Of a DNA stretch of 64,000 bases, positions 11,801 to 26,300 are shown in pieces; the first letter of the stretch is position 1, and each line of letters opens with the position of its first letter. The position numbers and the translations under genes are program-made. Under the pieces are notes generated by a model. It was not told where the DNA came from and ran no database searches. It saw nothing but the letters and a program-made list of their open reading frames with translations. Source of the stretch: Azolla caroliniana (Eukaryota > Plantae > Polypodiophyta); NCBI GenBank assembly GCA_043228905.1, contig JBHGNT010000037.1, positions 1 through 64,000 on the forward strand, read 5' to 3'.

Positions 11801-14749
11801 TAACAAGGCTAGCTATGATATAGAATTAAAAAATCGAGATTTTGAAACTCAGGTCGAGAGACATGAAGAAATTAGCATATTTGAGGAGGGAGTTGAGAAG
11901 AGCGTGTGTGTAAATTAAAATGGTCATACCTGGCTCGTGTGATATCGGATTTCTGTGTTCAAACATGCGAATCGAAACTAACAAGGCTAGCTATGATATA
12001 GAATTAAAAAATCGTGATTTTGAAACTCAGGTCGAGAGACATGAGGAAATTAGCATATTTGAGGAGGGAGTTGAGAAGAGCGAGTGAGTAAATTAAAATG
12101 GTCATACCTGGCTCGTGTGATATCGGATTTCTGTGTTCAAACATGCGAATCGAAGCTAACAAGGCTAGCTATGATATAGAATTAAAAAATCGAGATTTTG
12201 AAACTCAGGTCGAGAGACATGAAGAAATTAGCATATTTGAGGAGGGAGTTGAGAAGAGCGAGTGAGCAAATTAAAATGGTCATACCTGGCTCGTGTGATA
12301 TCGGATTTCTGTGTTCAAACCTGCGAATCGAAACTAACAAGGCTAGCTATGATATAGAATTAAAAAATCAAGATTTTGAAACTGACGTCGAAAGACATGA
12401 GGAAATTAGCATATTGGAGGAGGGAGTTGAGAAGAGCGAGTGAGTAAATTAAAATGGTCATACCTGGCTCGTGTGATATCGGATTTCTGTGTTCAAACAT
12501 GCGAATCGAAACTAAGAACGCTAGCTATGATATAGAATTAAAAAATCAAGATTTTGAAACTAACGTCGAAAGACATGAGGAAATTAGCATGTTGGAAGAG
12601 GGAGTTGAGAAGAGCGAGTGAGTAAATTAAAATGGTCATACCTGGCTCGTGTGATATCGGATTTCTGTGTTCAAACATGCGAATCGAAGCTAACAAGGCT
12701 AGCTATGATATAGAATTAAAAAATCGAGATTTTGAAACTCAAGTCGAGAGACATGAAGAAATTAGCATATTTGAGGAGGGAGTTGAGAAGAGCGAGTGAG
12801 TAAATTAAAATGGTCATACCTGGCTCGTGTGATATCGGATTTCTGTGTTCAAACTTGCGAATCGAAACTAACAAGGCTAGCTATGATATAGAATTAAAAA
12901 ATCGAGATTTTGAAACTCAGGTCGAGAGACATGCTGGAGGAGGGAGTTGAGAAGAGCGAGTGAGTAAATTAAAATGGTCATACCTGGCTCGTGTGATATC
13001 GGATTTCTGTGTTCAAACATGCGAATCGAAGCTAAAAAGGCTAGCTATGATATAGAATTAAAAAATCGAGATTTTGAAACTCAGGTCGAGAGACATGAAG
13101 AAATTAGCATATTTGAGGAGGGAGTTGAGAAGAGCGAGTGAGTAAATTAAAATGGTCATACCTGGCTCGTGTGATATCGGATTTCTGTGTTCAAACATGC
13201 AAATCGAAGCTAACAAGGCTAGCTATGATATAGAATTAAAAAATCGAGATTTTGAAACTCAGGTCGAGAGACATGAAGAAATTAGCATATTTGAGGAGGG
13301 AGTTGAGAAGAGCGTTTGTGTAAATTAAAATGGTCATACCTGGCTCGTGTGATATCGGATTTCTGTGTTCAAACATGCGAATCGAAGCTAACAAGGCTAG
13401 CTCTGATATAGAATTAAAAAATCGTGATTTTGAAACTCAGGTCGAGAGACATGAGGAAATTAGCATATTTGAGGAGGGAGTTGAGAAGAGCGAGTGAGTA
13501 AATTAAAATGGTCATACCTGGCTCGTGTGATATCGGATTTCTGTGTTCAAACATGCAAATCGAAGCTAACAAGGCTAGCTATGATATAGAATTAAAAAAT
13601 CGAGATTTTGAAACTCAGGTCGAGAGACATGAAGAAATTAGCATATTTGAGGAGGGAGTTGAGAAGAGCGAGTGAGTAAATTAAAATGGTCATACCTGGC
13701 TCGTGTGATATCGGATTTCTGTGTTCAAACATGCGAATCGAAGCTAACAAGGCTAGCTATGATATAGAATTAAAAAATCGAGATTTTGAAACTCAGGTGA
13801 GAGACATGAGGAAATTAGCATATTTGATGAGGGAGTTGAGAAGAGCCAGTGAGTAAATTAAAATGGTCATACCTGGCTCGTGTGATATCGGATTTCTGTG
13901 TTCAAACATGCAAATCGAAGCTAACAAGGCTAGCTATGATATAGAATTAAAAAATCGAGATTTTGAAACTCAGGTCGAGAGACATGAAGAAATTAGCATA
14001 TTTGAGGAGGGAGTTGAGAAGAGCGAGTGAGTAAATTAAAATGGTCATACCTGGCTCGTGTGATATCGGATTTCTGTGTTCAAACCTGCGAATCGAAACT
14101 AACAAGGCTAGCTATGATATAGAATTAAAAAATCAAGATTTTGAAACTGACGTCGAAAGACATGAGGAAATTAGCATATTGGAGGAGGGAGTTGAGAAGA
14201 GCGAGTGAGTAAATTAAAATGGTCATACCTGGCTCGTGTGATATCGGATTTCTGTGTTCAAACATGCGAATCGAAACTAAGAACGCTAGCTATGATATAG
14301 AATTAAAAAATCAAGATTTTGAAACTAACGTCGAAAGACATGAGGAAATTAGCATGTTGGAAGAGGGAGTTGAGAAGAGCGAGTGAGTAAATTAAAATGG
14401 TCATACCTGGCTCGTGTGATATCGGATTTCTGTGTTCAAACATGCGAATCGAAGCTAACAAGGCTAGCTATGATATAGAATTAAAAAATCGAGATTTTGA
14501 AACTCAAGTCGAGAGACATGAAGAAATTAGCATATTTGAGGAGGGAGTTGAGAAGAGCGAGTGAGTAAATTAAAATGGTAATACCTGGCTCGTGTGATAT
14601 CGGATTTCTGTGTTCAAACTTGCGAATCGAAACTAACAAGGCTAGCTATGATATAGAATTAAAAAATCGAGATTTTGAAACTCAGGTCGAGAGACATGCT
14701 GGAGGAGGGAGTTGAGAAGAGCGAGTGAGTAAATTAAAATGGTCATACC

Positions 14750-16920
14750 TGGCTCGTGTGATATCGGATTTCTGTGTTCAAACATGCGAATCGAAGCTAA
14801 AAAGGCTAGCTATGATATAGAATTAAAAAATCGAGATTTTGAAACTCAGGTCGAGAGACATGAAGAAATTAGCATATTTGAGGAGGGAGTTGAGAAGAGC
14901 GAGTGAGTAAATTAAAATGGTCATACCTGGCTCGTGTGATATCGGATTTCTGTGTTCAAACATGCAAATCGAAGCTAACAAGGCTAGCTATGATATAGAA
15001 TTAAAAAATCGAGATTTTGAAACTCAGGTCGAGAGACATGAAGAAATTAGCATATTTGAGGAGGGAGTTGAGAAGAGCGTTTGTGTAAATTAAAATGGTC
15101 ATACCTGGCTCGTGTGATATCGGATTTCTGTGTTCAAACATGCGAATCGAAGCTAACAAGGCTAGCTCTGATATAGAATTAAAAAATCGAGATTTTGAAA
15201 CTCAGGTCGAGAGACATGAGGAAATTAGCATATTTGAGGAGGGAGTTGAGAAGAGCGTGTGAGTAAATTAAAATGGTCATACCTGGCTCGTGTGATATCG
15301 GATTTCTGTGTTCAAACATGCGAATCGAAACTAACAAGGCTAGCTATGATATAGAATTAAAAAATCGAGATTTTGAAAATCAGGTCGAGAGACATGAGGA
15401 AATTAGCATATTTGAGGAGGGAGTTGAGAAGAGTCAGTGAGTAAATTAAAATGGTCATACCTGGCTCGTGTGATATCGGATTTCTGTGTTCAAACATGCA
15501 AATCGAAGCTAACAAGGCTAGCTATGATATAGAATTAAAAAATCGTGATTTTGAAACTCAGGTCGAGAGACATGAGGAAATTAGCATATTTGAGGAGGGA
15601 GTTGAGAAGAGCGTTTGTGTAAATTAAAATGGTCATACCTGGCTCGTGTGATATCGGATTTCTGTGTTCAAACATGCGAATCGAAACTAACAAGGCTAGC
15701 TATGATATAGAATTAAAAAACCGAGATTTTGAAACTTAGGTCAAGAGACATGAAGAAATTAGCATATTTGAGGAGGGAGTTGAGAAGAGCGTGTGAGTAA
15801 ATTAAAATGGTCATACCTGGCTCGTGTGATATCGGATTTCTGTGTTCAAACATGCGAATCGAAGCTAAAAAGGCTAGCTATGATATAGAATTAAAAAATC
15901 GAGATTTTGAAACTCAGGTCGAGAGACATGAAGAAATTAGCATATTTGAGGAGGGAGTTGAGAAGAGCGAGTGAGTAAATTAAAATGGTCATACCTGGCT
16001 CGTGTGATATCGGATTTCTGTATTCAAACATGCAAATCGAAGCTAACAAGGCTAGCTATGATATAGAATTAAAAAATCGAGATTTTGAAACTCAGGTCGA
16101 GAGACATGAAGAAATTAGCATATTTGAGGAGGGAGTTGAGAAGAGCGTTTGTGTAAATTAAAATGGTCATACCTGGCTCGTGTGATATCGGATTTCTGTG
16201 TTCAAACATGCGAATCAAAGCTAACAAGGCTAGCTCTGATATAGAATTAAAAAATCGAGATTTTGAAACTCAGGTCGAGAGACATGAGGAAATTAGCATA
16301 TTTGAGGAGGGAGTTGAGAAGAGCGTGTGAGTAAATTAAAATGGTCATACCTGGCTCGTGTGATATCGGATTTCTGTGTTCAAACATGCGAATCGAAACT
16401 AACAAGGCTAGCTATGATATAGAATTAAAAAATCGAGATTTTGAAAATCAGGTCGAGAGACATGAGGAAATTAGCATATTTGAGGAGGGAGTTGAGAAGA
16501 GTCAGTGAGTAAATTAAAATGGTCATACCTGGCTCGTGTGATATCGGATTTCTGTGTTCAAACATGCAAATCGAAGCTAACAAGGCTAGCTATGATATAG
16601 AATTAAAAAATCGTGATTTTGAAACTCAGGTCGAGAGACATGAGGAAATTAGCATATTTGAGGAGGGAGTTGAGAAGAGCGTTTGTGTAAATTAAAATGG
16701 TCATACCTGGCTCGTGTGATATCGGATTTCTGTGTTCAAACATGCGAATCGAAACTAACAAGGCTAGCTATGATATAGAATTAAAAAACCGAGATTTTGA
16801 AACTCAGGTCAAGAGACATGAAGAAATTAGCATATTTGAGGAGGGAGTTGAGAAGAGCGTGTGAGTAAATTAAAATGGTCATACCTGGCTCGTGTGATAT
16901 CGGATTTCTGTGTTCAAACA
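14750..16920 (+). repeat. Tandem 6-monomer higher-order duplication (1068 bp)
   Basis: The GAAAATCAGG marker lies at 15379 and 16447 (offset 1068). The order of CTAAAAAGG, GCTCTGAT, GCGTTTGTG and AAACCGAG variants repeats. Boundaries are approximate. Confidence 0.8.
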
Positions 16921-19900
16921 TGCCAATCGAAGCTAACAAGGCTAGCTATGATATAGAATTAAAAAATCGAGATTTTGAAACTCAGGTCGAGAGACATGAA
17001 GAAATTAGCATACTTGAGGAGGGAGTTGAGAAGAGCGTGTGTGTAAATTAAAATGGTCATACCTGGCTCGTGTGATATCGGATTTCTGTGTTCAAACATG
17101 CGAATCGAAGCTAACAAGGCTAGCTATGATATAGAATTAAAAAATCGAGATTTTGAAACTCAGGTCGAGAGACATGAAGAAATTAGCATATTTGAGGAGG
17201 GAGTTGAGAAGAGCGTGTGAGTAAATTAAAATGGTCATACCTGGCTCGTGTGATATCGGATTTTTGTGTTCAAACATGCGAATCGAAACTAACAAGGCTA
17301 GCTATGATATAGACTTAAAAAATCGTGATTTCGAAACTGACGTCGAAAGACATGAGGAAATTAGCATGCTGGAGGAGGGAGTTGAGAAGAGCTAGTGAGT
17401 AAATTAAAATGGTCATACCTGGCTCGTGTGATATCGGATTTCTGTGTTCAAACATGCGAATCGAAGCTAAAAAGGCTAGCTATGATATAGAATTAAAAAA
17501 TCGAGATTTTGAAACTCAGGTCGAGAGACATGAAGAAATTAGCATATTTGAGGAGGGAGTTGAGAAGAGCGAGTGAGTAAATTAAAATGGTCATACCTGG
17601 CTCGTGTGATATCGGATTTCTGTGTTCAAACATGCAAATCGAAGCTAACAAGGCTAGCTATGATATAGAATTAAAAAATCGAGATTTTGAAACTCAGGTC
17701 GAGAGACATGAAGAAATTAGCATACTTGAGGAGGGAGTTGAGAAGAGCGTGTGTGTAAATTAAAATGGTCATACCTGGCTCGTGTGATATCGGATTTCTG
17801 TGTTCAAACATGCGAATCGAAACTAACAAGGCTAGCTATGATATAGAATTAAAAAACCGAGATTTTGAAACTTAGGTCAAGAGACATGAAGAAATTAGCA
17901 TATTTGAGGAGGGAGTTGAGAAGAGCGTGTGAGTAAATTAAAATGGTCATACCTGGCTCGTGTGATATCGGATTTCTGTGTTCAAACATGCAAATCGAAG
18001 CTAACAAGGCTAGCTATGATATAGAATTAAAAAATCGAGATTTTGAAACTCAGGTCAAGAGACATGAAGAAATTAGCATACTTGAGGAGGGAGTTGAGAA
18101 GAGCGTGTGTGTAAATTAAAATGGTCATACCTGGCTCGTGTGATATCGGATTTCTGTGTTCAAACATGCGAATCGAAGCTAACAAGGCTAGCTATGATAT
18201 AGAATTAAAAAATCGAGATTTTGAAACTCAGGTCGAGAGACATGAAGAATTTCGCATATTTGAGGAGGGAGTTGAGAAGAGCGTGTGAGTAAATTAAAAT
18301 GGTCATACCTGGCTCGTGTGATATCGGATTTCTGTGTTCAAACATGCAAATCGAAGCTAACAAGGCTAGCTATGATATAGAATTAAAAAATCGAGATTTT
18401 GAAACTCAGGTCGAGAGACATGAAGAAATTAGCATACTTGAGGAGGGAGTTGAGAAGAGCGTGTGTGTAAATTAAAATGGTCATACCTGGCTCGTGTGAT
18501 ATCGGATTTCTGTGTTCAAACATGCGAATCGAAGCTAACAAGGCTAGCTATGATATAGAATTAAAAAATCGAGATTTTGAAACTCAGGTCGAGAGACATG
18601 AAGAAATTAGCATATTTGAGGAGGGAGTTGAGAAGAGCGTGTGAGTAAATTAAAATGGTCATACCTGGCTCGTGTGATATCGGATTTTTGTGTTCAAACA
18701 TGCGAATCGAAACTAACAAGGCTAGCTATGATATAGACTTAAAAAATCGTGATTTCGAAACTGACGTCGAAAGACATGAGGAAATTAGCATGCTGGAGGA
18801 GGGAGTTGAGAAGAGCGAGTGAGTAAATTAAAATGGTCATACCTGGCTCGTGTGATATCGGATTTCTGTGTTCAAACATGCGAATCGAAGCTAAAAAGCC
18901 TAGCTATGATATAGAATTAAAAAATCGAGATTTTGAAACTCAGGTCGAGAGACATGAAGAAATTAGCATATTTGAGGAGGGAGTTGAGAAGAGCGAGTGA
19001 GTAAATTAAAATGGTCATACCTGGCTCGTGTGATATCGGATTTCTGTGTTCAAACATGCAAATCGAAGCTAACAAGGCTAGCTATGATATAGAATTAAAA
19101 AATCGAGATTTTGAAACTCAGGTCGAGAGACATGAAGAAATTAGCATATTTGAGGAGGGAGTTGAGAAGAGCGTTTGTGTAAATTAAAATGGTCATACCT
19201 GGCTCGTGTGATATCGGATTTCTGTGTTCAAACATGCGAATCGAAGCTAACAAGGCTAGCTCTGATATAGAATTAAAAAATCGAGATTTTGAAACTCAAG
19301 TCGAGAGACATGAGGAAATTAGCATATTTGAGGAGGGAGTTGAGAAGAGCGTGTGAGTAAATTAAAATGGTCATACCTGGCTCGTGTGATATCGGATTTC
19401 TGTGTTCAAACATGCGAATCGAAACTAACAAGGCTAGCTATGATATAGACTTAAAAAATCGTGATTTCGAAACTAACGTCGAAAGACATGAGGAAATTAG
19501 CATGCTGGAGGAGGGAGTTGAGAAGAGCCAGTGAGTAAATTAAAATGGTCATACCTGGCTCGTGTGATATCGGATTTCTGTGTTCAAACATGCAAATCGA
19601 AGCTAACAAGGCTAGCTATGATATAGAATTAAAAAATCGTGATTTTGAAACTCAGGTCGAGAGACATGAGGAAATTAGCATATTTGAGGAGGGAGTTGAG
19701 AAGAGCGTTTGTGTAAATTAAAATGGTCATACCTGGCTCGTGTGATATCGGATTTCTGTGTTCAAACATGCGAATCGAAACTAACAAGGCTAGCTATGAT
19801 ATAGAATTAAAAAACCGAGATTTTGAAACTCAGGTCAAGAGACATGAAGAAATTAGCATATTTGAGGAGGGAGTTGAGAAGAGCGTGTGAGTAAATTAAA

Positions 19901-22900
19901 ATGGTCATACCTGGCTCGTGTGATATCGGATTTCTGTGTTCAAACATGCAAATCGAAGCTAACAAGGCTAGCTATGATATAGAATTAAAAAATCGAGATT
20001 TTGAAACTCAGGTCGAGAGACATGAAGAAATTAGCATACTTGAGGAGGGAGTTGAGAAGAGCGTGTGTGTAAATTAAAATGGTCATACCTGGCTCGTGTG
20101 ATATCGGATTTCTGTGTTCAAACATGCGAATCGAAGCTAACAAGGCTAGCTATGATATAGAATTAAAAAATCGAGATTTTGAAACTCAGGTCGAGAGACA
20201 TGAAGAAATTAGCATATTTGAGGAGGGAGTTGAGAAGAGCGTGTGAGTAAATTAAAATGGTCATACCTGGCTCGTGTGATATCGGATTTTTGTGTTCAAA
20301 CATGCGAATCGAAACTAACAAGGCTAGCTATGATATAGACTTAAAAAATCGTGATTTCGAAACTGACGTCGAAAGACATGAGGAAATTAGCATGCTGGAG
20401 GAGGGAGTTGAGAAGAGCGAGTGAGTAAATTAAAATGGTCATACCTGGCTCGTGTGATATCGGATTTCTGTGTTCAAACATGCGAATCGAAGCTAAAAAG
20501 GCTAGCTATGATATAGAATTAAAAAATCGAGATTTTGAAACTCAGGTCGAGAGACATGAAGAAATTAGCATATTTGAGGAGGGAGTTGAGAAGAGCGAGT
20601 GAGTAAATTAAAATGGTCATACCTGGCTCGTGTGATATCGGATTTCTGTGTTCAAACATGCAAATCGAAGCTAACAAGGCTAGCTATGATATAGAATTAA
20701 AAAATCGAGATTTTGAAACTCAGGTCGAGAGACATGAAGAAATTAGCATACTTGAGGAGGGAGTTGAGAAGAGCGTGTGTGTAAATTAAAATGGTCATAC
20801 CTGGCTCGTGTGATATCGGATTTCTGTGTTCAAACATGCGAATCGAAGCTAACAAGGCTAGCTATGATATAGAATTAAAAAATCGAGATTTTGAAACTCA
20901 GGTCGAGAGACATGAAGAAATTAGCATATTTGAGGAGGGAGTTGAGAAGAGCGTGTGAGTAAATTAAAATGGTCATACCTGGCTCGTGTGATATCGGATT
21001 TTTGTGTTCAAACATGCGAATCGAAACTAACAAGGCTAGCTATGATATAGACTTAAAAAATCGTGATTTCGAAACTGACGTCGAAAGACATGAGGAAATT
21101 AGCATGCTGGAGGAGGGAGTTGAGAAGAGCGAGTGAGTAAATTAAAATGGTCATACCTGGCTCGTGTGATATCGGATTTCTGTGTTCAAACATGCGAATC
21201 GAAGCTAAAAAGGCTAGCTATGATATAGAATTAAAAAATCGAGATTTTGAAACTCAGGTCGAGAGACATGAAGAAATTAGCATATTTGAGGAGGGAGTTG
21301 AGAAGAGCGAGTGAGTAAATTAAAATGGTCATACCTGGCTCGTGTGATATCGGATTTCTGTGTTCAAACATGCAAATCGAAGCTAACAAGGCTAGCTATG
21401 ATATAGAATTAAAAAATCGAGATTTTGAAACTCAGGTCGAGAGACATGAAGAAATTAGCATATTTGAGGAGGGAGTTGAGAAGAGCGAGTGAGTAAATTA
21501 AAATGGTCATACCTGGCTCGTGTGATATCGGATTTCTGTGTTCAAACATGCGAATCGAAGCTAACAAGGCTAGCTATGATATAGAATTAAAAAATCGAGA
21601 TTTTGAAACTCAGGTGAGAGACATGAGGAAATTAGCATATTTGATGAGGGAGTTGAGAAGAGCCAGTGAGTAAATTAAAATGGTCATACCTGGCTCGTGT
21701 GATATCGGATTTCTGTATTCAAACATGCAAATCGAAGCTAACAAGGCTAGCTATGATATAGAATTAAAAAATCGAGATTTTGAAACTCAGGTCGAGAGAC
21801 ATGAAGAAATTAGCATATTTGAGGAGGGAGTTGAGAAGAGCGTTTGTGTAAATTAAAATGGTCATACCTGGCTCGTGTGATATCGGATTTCTGTGTTCAA
21901 ACATGCGAATCGAAGCTAACAAGGCTAGCTATGATATAGAATTAAAAAATCGAGATTTTGAAACTCAGGTCGAGAGACATGAAGAAATTAGCATATTTGA
22001 GGAGGGAGTTGAGAAGAGCGTTTGTGTAAATTAAAATGGTCATACCTGGCTCGTGTGATATCGGATTTCTGTGTTCAAACATGCGAATCGAAGCTAACAA
22101 GGCTAGCTCTGATATAGAATTAAAAAATCGAGATTTTGAAACTCAAGTCGAGAGACATGAGGAAATTAGCATATTTGAGGAGGGAGTTGAGAAGAGCGTG
22201 TGAGTAAATTAAAATGGTCATACCTGGCTCGTGTGATATCGGATTTCTGTGTTCAAACATGCGAATCGAAACTAACAAGGCTAGCTATGATATAGACTTA
22301 AAAAATCGTGATTTCGAAACTGACGTCGAAAGACATGAGGAAATTAGCATGCTGGAGGAGGGAGTTGAGAAGAGCCAGTGAGTAAATTAAAATGGTCATA
22401 CCTGGCTCGTGTGATATCGGATTTCTGTGTTCAAACATGCAAATCGAAGCTAACAAGGCTAGCTATGATATAGAATTAAAAAATCGTGATTTTGAAACTC
22501 AGGTCGAGAGACATGAGGAAATTAGCATATTTGAGGAGGGAGTTGAGAAGAGCGTTTGTGTAAATTAAAATGGTCATACCTGGCTCGTGTGATATCGGAT
22601 TTCTGTGTTCAAACATGCGAATCGAAACTAACAAGGCTAGCTATGATATAGAATTAAAAAACCGAGATTTTGAAACTCAGGTCAAGAGACATGAAGAAAT
22701 TAGCATATTTGAGGAGGGAGTTGAGAAGAGCGTGTGAGTAAATTAAAATGGTCATACCTGGCTCGTGTGATATCGGATTTCTGTGTTCAAACATGCAAAT
22801 CGAAGCTAACAAGGCTAGCTATGATATAGAATTAAAAAATCGAGATTTTGAAACTCAGGTCGAGAGACAAGAAGAAATTAGCATACTTGAGGAGGGAGTT

Positions 22901-23315
22901 GAGAAGAGCGTGTGTGTAAATTAAAATGGTCATACCTGGCTCGTGTGATATCGGATTTCTGTGTTCAAACATGCGAATCGAAGCTAACAAGGCTAGCTAT
23001 GATATAGAATTAAAAAATCGAGATTTTGAAACTCAGGTCGAGAGACATGAAGAAATTAGCATATTTGAGGAGGGAGTTGAGAAGAGCGTGTGAGTAAATT
23101 AAAATGGTCATACCTGGCTCGTGTGATATCGGATTTTTGTGTTCAAACATGCGAATCGAAACTAACAAGGCTAGCTATGATATAGACTTAAAAAATCGTG
23201 ATTTCGAAACTGACGTCGAAAGACATGAGGAAATTAGCATGCTGGAGGAGGGAGTTGAGAAGAGCGAGTGAGTAAATTAAAATGGTCATACCTGGCTCGT
23301 GTGATATCGGATTTC

Positions 23316-26300
23316 TGTGTTCAAACATGCGAATCGAAGCTAAAAAGGCTAGCTATGATATAGAATTAAAAAATCGAGATTTTGAAACTCAGGTCGAGAG
23401 ACATGAAGAAATTAGCATATTTGAGGAGGGAGTTGAGAAGAGCGAGTGAGTAAATTAAAATGGTCATACCTGGCTCGTGTGATATCGGATTTCTGTGTTC
23501 AAACATGCAAATCGAAGCTAACAAGGCTAGCTATGATATAGAATTAAAAAATCGAGATTTTGAAACTCAGGTCGAGAGACATGAGGAAATTAGCATATTT
23601 GAGGAGGGAGTTGAGAAGAGTCAGTGAGTAAATTAAAATGGTCATACCTGGCTTGTGTGATATCGGATTTCTGTGTTCAAACATGCAAATCGAAGCTAAC
23701 AAGGCTAGCTCTGATATAGAATTAAAAAATCGAGATTTTGAAACTCAGGTCGAGAGACATGAGGAAATTAGCATATTTGAGGAGGGAGTTGAGAAGAGCG
23801 TGTGAGTAAATTAAAATGGTCATACCTGGCTCGTGTGATATCGGATTTCTGTGTTCAAACATGCGAATCGAAACTAACAAGGCTAGCTATGATATAGAAT
23901 TAAAAAATCGAGATTTTGAAAATCAGGTCGAGAGACATGAGGAAATTAGCATATTTGAGGAGGGAGTTGAGAAGAGTCAGTGAGTAAATTAAAATGGTCA
24001 TACCTGGCTCGTGTGATATCGGATTTCTGTGTTCAAACATGCAAATCGAAGCTAACAAGGCTAGCTATGATATAGAATTAAAAAATCGTGATTTTGAAAC
24101 TCAGGTCGAGAGACATGAGGAAATTAGCATATTTGAGGAGGGAGTTGAGAAGAGCGTTTGTGTAAATTAAAATGGTCATACCTGGCTCGTGTGATATCGG
24201 ATTTCTGTGTTCAAACATGCGAATCGAAACTAACAAGGCTAGCTATGATATAGAATTAAAAAACCGAGATTTTGAAACTTAGGTCAAGAGACATGAAGAA
24301 ATTAGCATATTTGAGGAGGGAGTTGAGAAGAGCGTGTGAGTAAATTAAAATGGTCATACCTGGCTCGTGTGATATCGGATTTCTGTGTTCAAACATGCAA
24401 ATCGAAGCTAACAAGGCTAGCTATGATATAGAATTAAAAAATCGAGATTTTGAAACTCAGGTCAAGAGACATGAAGAAATTAGCATACTTGAGGAGGGAG
24501 TTGAGAAGAGCGTGTGTGTAAATTAAAATGGTCATACCTGGCTCGTGTGATATCGGATTTCTGTGTTCAAACATGCGAATCGAAGCTAACAAGGCTAGCT
24601 ATGATATAGAATTAAAAAATCGAGATTTTGAAACTCAGGTCGAGAGACATGAAGAATTTAGCATATTTGAGGAGGGAGTTGAGAAGAGCGTGTGAGTAAA
24701 TTAAAATGGTCATACCTGGCTCGTGTGATATCGGATTTCTGTGTTCAAACATGCAAATCGAAGCTAACAAGGCTAGCTATGATATAGAATTAAAAAATCG
24801 AGATTTTGAAACTCAGGTCGAGAGACATGAAGAAATTAGCATACTTGAGGAGGGAGTTGAGAAGAGCGTGTGTGTAAATTAAAATGGTCATACCTGGCTC
24901 GTGTGATATCGGATTTCTGTGTTCAAACATGCGAATCGAAGCTAACAAGGCTAGCTATGATATAGAATTAAAAAATCGAGATTTTGAAACTCAGGTCGAG
25001 AGACATGAAGAAATTAGCATATTTGAGGAGGGAGTTGAGAAGAGCGTGTGAGTAAATTAAAATGGTCATACCTGGCTCGTGTGATATCGGATTTTTGTGT
25101 TCAAACATGCGAATCGAAACTAAGAAGGCTAGCTATGATATAGACTTAAAAAATCGTGATTTCGAAACTGACGTCGAAAGACATGAGGAAATTAGCATGC
25201 TGGAGGAGGGAGTTGAGAAGAGCGAGTGAGTAAATTAAAATGGTCATACCTGGCTCGTGTGATATCGGATTTCTGTGTTCAAACATGCGAATCGAAGCTA
25301 AAAAGGCTAGCTATGATATAGAATTAAAAAATCGAGATTTTGAAACTCAGGTCGAGAGACATGAAGAAATTAGCATATTTGAGGAGGGAGTTGAGAAGAG
25401 CGAGTGAGTAAATTAAAATGGTCATACCTGGCTCGTGTGATATCGGATTTCTGTGTTCAAACATGCAAATCGAAGCTAACAAGGCTAGCTATGATATAGA
25501 ATTAAAAAATCGAGATTTTGAAACTCAGGTCGAGAGACATGAAGAAATTAGCATATTTGAGGAGGGAGTTGAGAAGAGCGTTTGTGTAAATTAAAATGGT
25601 CATACCTGGCTCGTGTGATATCGGATTTCTGTGTTCAAACATGCGAATCGAAGCTAACAAGGCTAGCTATGATATAGAATTAAAAAATCGAGATTTTGAA
25701 ACTCAGGTCGAGAGACATGAAGAAATTAGCATATTTGAGGAGGGAGTTGAGAAGAGCGTGTGAGTAAATTAAAATGGTCATACCTGGCTCGTGTGATATC
25801 GGATTTCTGTGTTCAAACATGCGAATCGAAACTAACAAGGCTAGCTATGATATAGACTTAAAAAATCGTGATTTCGAAACTGACGTCGAAAGACATGAGG
25901 AAATTAGCATGCTGGAGGAGGGAGTTGAGAAGAGCGAGTGAGTAAATTAAAATGGTCATACCTGGCTCGTGTGATATCGGATTTTTGTGTTCAAACATGC
26001 GAATCGAAGCTAAAAAGGCTAGCTATGATATAGAATTAAAAAATCGAGATTTTGAAACTCAGGTCGAGAGACATGAAGAAATTAGCATATTTGAGGAGGG
26101 AGTTGAGAAGAGCGAGTGAGTAAATTAAAATGGTCATACCTGGCTCGTGTGATATCGGATTTCTGTGTTCAAACATGCAAATCGAAGCTAACAAGGCTAG
26201 CTATGATATAGAATTAAAAAATCGAGATTTTGAAACTCAGGTCGAGAGACATGAGGAAATTAGCATATTTGAGGAGGGAGTTGAGAAGAGTCAGTGAGTA

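Larger units (their letters stand above)
112..13556 (+). repeat. Block duplication of about 6.4 kb: 112-6477 copied at 7191-13556 (offset 7079 bp = 40 monomers less 41 bp of deletions)
   Basis: Rare markers are shared at a 7079-bp offset: the 25-bp deletion (3761/10840), the 14-bp deletion (5851/12930), CCTTGCTC, GAGTGGAG and CTGGGTC. I spotted only three differences (3143/10222, about 4153/11232, 5188/12267). Confidence 0.93.

Noticed and set aside
12198-12443. 81-aa ORF from the ORF track
   Set aside because: It starts at TTG inside the satellite and exists only because a private T>C at 12267 changes TAA to CAA. The paralogous position (5188) keeps the stop. Because 178 is not a multiple of 3, the frame shifts with each monomer. 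It is not a credible gene.
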